Shown piece after piece: positions 1 through 5,310 of a DNA stretch of 16,339 nt. Each line of letters begins with the position of its first letter. Positions within the stretch are counted from its first letter, which is position 1. Below the pieces are notes generated by a model that had not been told where the DNA came from, did not search any database, and worked only from the letters and a program-made list of their open reading frames with translations. Made by a program: the position numbers and the translations under genes. The stretch comes from Promethearchaeota archaeon (GTDB taxonomy: Archaea > Asgardarchaeota > Thorarchaeia > Thorarchaeales > Thorarchaeaceae), in assembly GCA_027031765.1 (NCBI GenBank), contig JALVPN010000115.1, positions 18,261 to 34,599 on the forward strand, in the 5' to 3' direction.

Positions 1-116
1 CGAGCTACGGTGGTCGCTCCTCGGGCGGCTATGGTGGCTACGGTGGCAGTCGTAGCGGCGGGTATGACCGGCGTGGCAGCCGTGACCGATATGGGCGCAG
101 GCGCCGCAGGCGATAG
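1..116 (+). CDS. 3' end of an upstream gene; Gly/Tyr/Ser/Arg-rich low-complexity tail (probable RNA-binding protein)
   Basis: Frame starting at nt 3 reads SYGGRSSGGYGGYGGSRSGGYDRRGSRDRYGRRRRRR, then TAG at 114-116. The frame is open to the window edge. It is not in the ORF track because the start lies outside the window. Confidence 0.75.
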   Translation, partial: SYGGRSSGGYGGYGGSRSGGYDRRGSRDRYGRRRRRR

Positions 117-225
117 GCCCTGCACGTTGCACCTGATGCTCACCGCCAGTCTGCCCACCGGGCCGTCCATACGCAGAGACCCTCACTGACGTCTCATCCC
201 GTGGCTCCAGTGTGACCAGTCTTTT

Positions 226-270
226 CTGCCATCGTCGTGTACCACCGGCGATGGCAGGACATTGTTTTTC
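226..270 (+). terminator. Stem-loop followed by T-tract, probable terminator of the upstream gene
   Basis: ctgccatcgtcg (226-237) pairs with cggcgatggcag (246-257): 12 bp, one G-U, 8-nt loop. It is followed by attgtttttc (261-270). Confidence 0.5.
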
Positions 271-293
271 TTGCGGTGCCCAAGAGTCGACGC

Positions 294-722
294 ATGCAGC
301 TCGTACCGATTGGCAGGGTCGTCCTGTCTGGTGACCGCACTGCAATCAGAGTCTTCGACCGCTTCTGGCCGGCCACACTCAATGTGGACCGCTTCTCCCA
401 CATCATCGTGCTGTGGTGGATCAGTGGCTGTGACAATCCGGACGACCGGTCTGTCCTGCGGGTCACACCAATGGGCAGCCGCAACGCTCCTGTGTCCGGT
501 GTCTTTGCCTGCAGGTCGCCGCTCCGACCGAACCCGATTGGCCTCTCAGTTGTCAGGCTGCTTGCGACCGACGAGACCTCGCACAGCCTCATCATCGACA
601 GGATTGACGCCCACGACGAGACCCCAGTGGTCGACATCAAGCCCTACATGCCATCATCTGACATGGTGGCCTCTCCAACAGTGCCTGAGTGGTTTGCCGA
701 CAACACCCCATGTCACCCGTGA
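294..722 (+). CDS. trmO: tRNA (N6-threonylcarbamoyladenosine(37)-N6)-methyltransferase TrmO/TsaA (YaeB family)
   Basis: Family motifs FSHIIVLWW, GVFACRSPLRPNPIGLSVV and DAHDETPVVDIKPY. Start placed at ATG 294 (MQLVPIG, matching the family N-terminal PIG); the ORF-track start at 237 overlaps the hairpin. Confidence 0.92.
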   Translation: MQLVPIGRVVLSGDRTAIRVFDRFWPATLNVDRFSHIIVLWWISGCDNPDDRSVLRVTPMGSRNAPVSGVFACRSPLRPNPIGLSVVRLLATDETSHSLIIDRIDAHDETPVVDIKPYMPSSDMVASPTVPEWFADNTPCHP

Positions 723-839
723 CTGTGCTGCCGCCCCCTCTCGCTCTGGGGCCATGCACTACAGGACACCCCTCCGGGCCACTACCCGCTGCCTGCCGGC
801 AGGTCGTACCACTCCCGCCGCATCTCCCGGTCATCCATC

Positions 840-2276
840 TCAGGCATCAAAGACCAGCGTCTTGACCACCACGGGTATGACGGCGCCACCCACTACCGGC
901 CGTCCGACATCTACAAAGTCCCCCTCTTCAAGCCGGAGCTCGTCAATCGACAGCACCTCACACTGGACGCCTGTTTCGCGTCGCATGACATTGCCCACGC
1001 TGTTGCCCACGTCGGTCTCGAAACACATCAGTATCGGTCTACCGGAGGCCACCGTGCGCGGCAGGGCGTCCACAACTCCCCATGCGAACTCCGTCAGGCC
1101 CTCATACGACGGTCTCACCACGTCGCCAAAGGCCAGCATGACATCCCTTTCACCCTCCTCGATGTCCAGCATCCTCAGTGCGTCACGTATCCCGCGTGTC
1201 ACAACGGCCCGTGTAAGGCCGCTTGCTGGCAGTGCAGGCCGTGCCACAGGCAGGTCTCTGACCGGCAGGTCGAGCCCGGTGGACAGGAACGTCGTGGAAC
1301 CGCTCACCTCTAGGGTCATCTGGCCAGCACCTATGACAGTGGCCCTGATCCTGTGTGCCGGCTCCATCAGTTCAAGCCCTGCTGCTTCGGCACCCCTTCT
1401 TATGGCACCCGCCAGTAGTGGCCCCAGGTCGCCAAACGTGCGTGTCTCGTGCCGGTAGATGTACTCTGCTGTCCCGCCGGAGAACATGACCCTCCTGGGC
1501 ACCTCTGTGTCCTCAAACGGCGCCGTCATCATGAGCCCCTTGGCAAGGCGTGGGAGCTCCCTGCCCGTGACCAGTGCGAGCAGAGCGTCAGCAAGGCCCT
1601 GTGCGAGCACGCGCGCGTCGCGGTCTGACAGGGGGCCACCCATCCGGAGTCCGATACCAAGCTGTCGGGCCACCTCTGCACCGGTGCGCTCAAGACGCAC
1701 TACCATGCCGTCCTCGTCTGTGACCACGAGTCGACTCCCCACGTTGATGGCCGCAGTGGTCACCACACGCCCGTCCCTGCAGACAGCGAGGTTCGACGAC
1801 CCACCCCCCACATCGACGTTGAGGACGGGGCTGTCGTCGCGCGCGGAAGCTGCGACCGCTCCGGACCCGTGGGCTGCAAGCACGGCCTCAAAGTTCGGCC
1901 CTGCCGTAGCGGCAACGAACGTGCCGGCCTCCTGTGCCAGCGCCCTGACTATCGTGTCCGCGTTCTCCTTTCTTGCGGTCTCCCCTGTTACAATCACCGC
2001 CCCTGTGTCAACGTCGCTGGGCGAGTACCCGGCCTGTCTGTAGTCGCTGAGCAGCAGCCCCCGCAGTGTTTCAAGGTCTATCCTGTCCTGTCCCAAGAAC
2101 GGCGTCAGGTGGACAGACCCCTCATGAATGACTTCCCGTGATGTAACTTCGAACTTGCGGGTCCTGCTACCAGGGTCCTCGTCAAGGACAAGCCGGCTGA
2201 AGACGATGTGGGATGTCGACGAGCCGATGTCGACACCTACGCTGAGGAGCGTCTTCCGTGTCGTCCCAGTCCGCAT
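840..2276 (-). CDS. eutA: Ethanolamine ammonia-lyase reactivating factor EutA family (actin-like ASKHA ATPase fold), 478 aa
   Basis: LLSVGVDIGSSTSHIVFSRL, TGETARKENA, ATAGPNFEAVLAAHGSGA, NVDVGGGSSN, FSGG and RATVIGAG. Start placed at ATG 2276 (MRTGTTRKTLLSVG), which gives the usual EutA length and sits about 35 nt downstream of a TATTAA box. Confidence 0.93.
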   Translation of the reverse strand: MRTGTTRKTLLSVGVDIGSSTSHIVFSRLVLDEDPGSRTRKFEVTSREVIHEGSVHLTPFLGQDRIDLETLRGLLLSDYRQAGYSPSDVDTGAVIVTGETARKENADTIVRALAQEAGTFVAATAGPNFEAVLAAHGSGAVAASARDDSPVLNVDVGGGSSNLAVCRDGRVVTTAAINVGSRLVVTDEDGMVVRLERTGAEVARQLGIGLRMGGPLSDRDARVLAQGLADALLALVTGRELPRLAKGLMMTAPFEDTEVPRRVMFSGGTAEYIYRHETRTFGDLGPLLAGAIRRGAEAAGLELMEPAHRIRATVIGAGQMTLEVSGSTTFLSTGLDLPVRDLPVARPALPASGLTRAVVTRGIRDALRMLDIEEGERDVMLAFGDVVRPSYEGLTEFAWGVVDALPRTVASGRPILMCFETDVGNSVGNVMRRETGVQCEVLSIDELRLEEGDFVDVGRPVVGGAVIPVVVKTLVFDA

Positions 2277-2311
2277 TGTCCTGTCCACATGCCAAGTGCC
2301 GGCATACACCC

Positions 2312-2317
2312 TTAATA
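2312..2317 (-). promoter_or_regulatory. Putative TATA box for eutA
   Basis: TATTAA on the minus strand about 35 nt upstream of ATG 2276; an AT-rich island in GC-rich DNA. Confidence 0.4.
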
Positions 2318-2482
2318 CATGTCGTTGTCCGGGCACTGGTACACACTGTCCGTCTCTTATGTGGCGGGTGCTGGACTGTGGCGTCGTCGTGGCTGGGCGT
2401 GCAGGCATATCCTTAGGTCCCCCCCACATGCCGAATGCTTATCTGCTCACGTGAGTAGGTCTCTTGACCAATATCACAAGAG

Positions 2483-2833
2483 GTGATACTGCTGTCCATC
2501 GACGACGCAATCAAGGTCGCACAGCTGCACTATGACCTGCTCCAGCAGGACGACATTGAGAAGTGGGCGGAAACGCTCACGGAGGAGAACAAGCGCCGCG
2601 CCCTCAACCGGATGCGTGGCGAGTCCCCAGACTTCTGGTGGGACACCGGCCGGAAGTACTGGGAGAAGTATGGTGTGTACTACAAGTTCCTGCGGGTAGA
2701 CAGGGAGGAGCCCGACTACTGCAAACTCTTCTTCACGAGGTACAACCGCGACGGCAGTCAGCGTGGGAGCCCCGTACCCATCCACCTCCGCAAAGAGGGT
2801 GGGAAGTGGAAGGTCGAGCAGGCGTCCTACTAG
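2483..2833 (+). CDS. Hypothetical protein, 116 aa or slightly shorter; possible NTF2-like alpha+beta fold
   Basis: Charged, globular composition (DDAIKVAQLHYDLLQQDD...IHLRKEGGKWKVEQASY) with non-shadow codon usage. GAGGTGAT SD-like motif at the 5' end. The helix-helix-sheet layout ending in GKWKV is reminiscent of NTF2-like proteins (inference). Confidence 0.8.
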   Translation: MILLSIDDAIKVAQLHYDLLQQDDIEKWAETLTEENKRRALNRMRGESPDFWWDTGRKYWEKYGVYYKFLRVDREEPDYCKLFFTRYNRDGSQRGSPVPIHLRKEGGKWKVEQASY

Positions 2834-3130
2834 TCATGACTGGCCCCATGTAAGGCGACAGTCCTACACTGTAGCGTTGAGTCGAGGCATCGGGGGTGGC
2901 CGTGTTGCCCCCGGTGTCGTCTTACACAGTCCACCCGCATGCGATGCGCTGTTCTTCAGGCCGACCTCTAGTCCCACCGGTACTGACCCGTACCAGTCGG
3001 GCTGGCCCCGATACTCCTCACCACTGTTCAGGCCGGCACTCCTGACCGCTCACGGTGCGTGGTCTGCATACGGTCGGGGCCCTCGGTCAGCTGGGTGCCG
3101 GAACCACATGTCCGGTCCACTGTCGCACTC

Positions 3131-3433
3131 CTAGTATACTTCCCGCGGGCTGCGTAGCAACCTCTCGGGTAGCTGTCCGCCCTCGCCGAGCACTTCGAGC
3201 TCGTGGCCGCGCCCAACACGCCCGCCGTGCCGACACAGGAACCCTGACTTGCTGATCCCGCGTGCCTGCCGCTCTGCTGCACGGCGGGTTATCATACTGA
3301 TGTTGGGTGGTACGGTCATGATGAGCTTCTTCTGTGCCTCGTCCACGACGAGGAGTATTGTGTCGTCACTAGTGTCCTTCGACGTTTCTCGGAACTGTGA
3401 TGTGTTCTCATCAAACTCAAGGTAGACAGGCAT
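3131..3433 (-). CDS. Small protein, 100 aa; putative single-domain gelsolin/ADF-like fold (Asgard ProGel-like)
   Basis: ATG 3433 with GGAGG 10 nt upstream (3444-3448) and TATATAAA about 50 nt upstream. The pattern SDDTILLVVDEAQKKLIMTVPPNISMITRRAAERQARGI...LEVLGEG resembles the gelsolin core. The ORF is solid; the fold call is moderate. Confidence 0.6.
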   Translation of the reverse strand: MPVYLEFDENTSQFRETSKDTSDDTILLVVDEAQKKLIMTVPPNISMITRRAAERQARGISKSGFLCRHGGRVGRGHELEVLGEGGQLPERLLRSPREVY

Positions 3434-3483
3434 GATAGTCCGTCCTCCAGACAGCGGTCATCGAAGTCTTGGGCCACTCGTCA

Positions 3484-3491
3484 TTTATATA
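3484..3491 (-). promoter_or_regulatory. TATA box upstream of the 100-aa gene
   Basis: TATATAAA on the minus strand, about 50 nt upstream of ATG 3433, followed by a GGAGG SD. Confidence 0.65.
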
Positions 3492-3558
3492 TGCTATGCG
3501 CCTCTCCACTGCGGGTGCTCTCACACAGCGGCACGCAGCTCCGCCAAGCCCTGACAGG

Positions 3559-4248
3559 CTACTCGGGGAGCAGATAGGCGGTGCCGCAGTGTTCGCACAC
3601 GGTGGCTGTCTCGCCTTTCTCCGGGAGCGGGAGTGGCGCACCACAGTTCACACAGCGGAGCTCGAGGAGCTCGTCGCGTTTCTTTCCGTTCTCGTCCAGG
3701 CGGATGACCCGGCCTGCGATGTCGCTCATAGTCTTCCCAATACGTGCTGCGGCCCTGCTGACGGCATCCATCTCCTCCTCGTTGAGAGTGTTCAACCCGA
3801 CCGCCCTGAAGAAGCCGAGTACTGACTCTTTGACCCGTCTGACCCACGCTCCAGCGCGGTATGACCTCACATCCGACGTGTACAGTTCGGGTATTGTGTC
3901 ATCAGGATGACCGGGTATCTCGTACCCCTTGTCCCATGGTGTCCTCTCATCCCTCTCCGGCCCTATCTGGACGCCGCACGACGGGCACACCATCTTCCAC
4001 GGCCCCTTCCGGAACAGTCCCCTCTTCTCAGGTCTGTCGGCATGGTCGTACCAACAGCGCTTGTGTGCGAGGCGTCCGCAGTTGGGGCATGCAAAGAGGG
4101 CATACCGCTCGGGTCTTTTCTTGTGACTCTTGCCTGTCGGTAGTCTCTGCCATGAGATGTCCTTGTAGCCCCAGTTCAACAGGTAGCGACCACATATGAA
4201 GCATGTCTGCTGGTCGTACTGTGCGAGCATCTCAAGTGGAACTTTCAA
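3559..4248 (-). CDS. Zinc-finger protein: N-terminal C4HC3 (PHD/RING-variant-like) finger plus C-terminal CxxC...CxxC zinc ribbon, about 229 aa
   Basis: C-x2-C-x34-C-x2-C-x4-H-x2-C-x22-C-x2-C (CFIC, CPNC, HKRC, CPSC) and RCVNCGAPL...CEHCG. Start placed at TTG 4248 because GGAGG lies about 8 nt upstream and TTAAAT at 4290-4285. Confidence 0.85.
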   Translation of the reverse strand: MKVPLEMLAQYDQQTCFICGRYLLNWGYKDISWQRLPTGKSHKKRPERYALFACPNCGRLAHKRCWYDHADRPEKRGLFRKGPWKMVCPSCGVQIGPERDERTPWDKGYEIPGHPDDTIPELYTSDVRSYRAGAWVRRVKESVLGFFRAVGLNTLNEEEMDAVSRAAARIGKTMSDIAGRVIRLDENGKKRDELLELRCVNCGAPLPLPEKGETATVCEHCGTAYLLPE

Positions 4249-4284
4249 GTCGGGTCCTCCTTGGGAGGACTGCACTGCATACGC

Positions 4285-4290
4285 ATTTAA
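4285..4290 (-). promoter_or_regulatory. Putative TATA box for the zinc-finger gene
   Basis: TTAAAT on the minus strand, 37 nt upstream of TTG 4248. Confidence 0.4.
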
Positions 4291-4403
4291 GGGCATCCAG
4301 TGCAGCACATGGTGCGCTGGCGGTTGCTCTCGCTACGAGAGGCCATCAGTGAGGTGTATGTCAGAGTGGGGCCATCTGGTCGGCCCCCGTTGAGGTGCTC
4401 CCA

Positions 4404-5066
4404 GTGTTCGACATGATACAGCACAACGAGACGGAGGAGGACGTGCTACCGCGGACACTGGTCTATGTGGTGGTCCATGGCGAGCCACTGACCGACGGCT
4501 CCGGCCGGATCAGTGAGAGGGGACGTGAACAGGTTGTCGAGCTTGTCAGGTCGCGGGCAATTGGGGGCGTGTCGCGCATCTACTCGTCACCTTCGAATGC
4601 AGCCCTTGTCAGTGCCGGCATCCTGAGGCGCGAACTGGACGTCCCGGTCACCGTGAGGGAGTGTCTTGCCGAGGTCTCGCTGGGCAAAGGGGACATCAAC
4701 ACAGCCGGAGAACAGGTGATACGTATGTGGGACGACCCGTCATTCCGGCCGGCTGGCGGCGAGTCTATAGACGAGGCACAGATGCGGTTCGGCACCTGTA
4801 TGAACATAGTCGTGTCAGCACACCCGAATGACAGTGTGGTCGTCGTGACGCACCCCATGGTCAGCGCACTGTTCATGTCACTGGTCAGAGGAGGGCCGCC
4901 ACTGCTGGAGGACTGGCTCTACATGGGGTACGCTTCATTTGCAATCTACGAGTACGCACGGGGCTCGTGGATGCTCTCCTCTCCTCACGATGACAGTTTC
5001 CTGTCGGATCCACGGAGCGTGGCGTCTTGCCTCCCTGAAGATGTGCGCTCCCTTTTTGGCCTCTGA
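4404..5066 (+). CDS. Histidine phosphatase (phosphoglycerate mutase) superfamily protein with degenerate active site
   Basis: YVVVHGE (RHG position), LTDGSGRISERGREQ, IYSSPSNAALVSA, CLAEVSLG, GGESI and VVVVTHP. GTG 4404 lies 6 nt after GAGGTG; alternative starts are 4395 and 4413. Confidence 0.85.
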   Translation: MFDMIQHNETEEDVLPRTLVYVVVHGEPLTDGSGRISERGREQVVELVRSRAIGGVSRIYSSPSNAALVSAGILRRELDVPVTVRECLAEVSLGKGDINTAGEQVIRMWDDPSFRPAGGESIDEAQMRFGTCMNIVVSAHPNDSVVVVTHPMVSALFMSLVRGGPPLLEDWLYMGYASFAIYEYARGSWMLSSPHDDSFLSDPRSVASCLPEDVRSLFGL

Positions 5067-5228
5067 CGACAACGACGACCTAGCCTTTCCATGACACATG
5101 GACTCCGCGCTGACAGGTGATGTCCTGTGAGCCGAGTGCCAGCACGGGATGGGGCCATGCCCTCCGGCGCAACAGCGTGACGTGACGACACATGGTGCAC
5201 TGCCCACTGGCAGCTGTTGGGCGAGGGG

Positions 5229-5235
5229 AAAAAAA
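5229..5235 (-). terminator. Oligo-T tract, probable archaeal terminator of the 1212-aa gene
   Basis: T7 in a pyrimidine-rich context (cccctcctttttttcccctc on the minus strand), about 75 nt after the stop at 5311. Confidence 0.5.
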
Positions 5236-5310
5236 GGAGGGGCGTGCAGGCACAGCGGTGACTGTGCCCGCGTCCCTTGCACTGTTCTTGTACTTGAGTG
5301 GACACAGGGG

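Noticed and set aside
792-803. 12-bp palindrome cctgccggcagg between the convergent trmO and eutA genes
   Set aside because: It is a single GC-rich occurrence with no U-tract and no second copy noticed, so it is plausibly chance.
262-2141. Long + strand ORFs (262..1458, 1459..2043, 1869..2141)
   Set aside because: They are Ser/Thr/Pro/Arg-rich antisense or off-frame shadows of trmO and eutA, as expected in GC-rich DNA, and contain no motifs.
2277-2429. 52-codon N-terminal extension of EutA in the ORF track
   Set aside because: It is low-quality sequence that spans the putative TATA box; EutA homology begins at MRTGTTRKTLLSVG.
2834-2870. ATGA followed by a stem just after the 116-aa gene, as a possible SECIS element
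   Set aside because: There is no matching GA on the 3' side to form the kink-turn quartet, and no in-frame UGA at a catalytic position in neighbouring genes.
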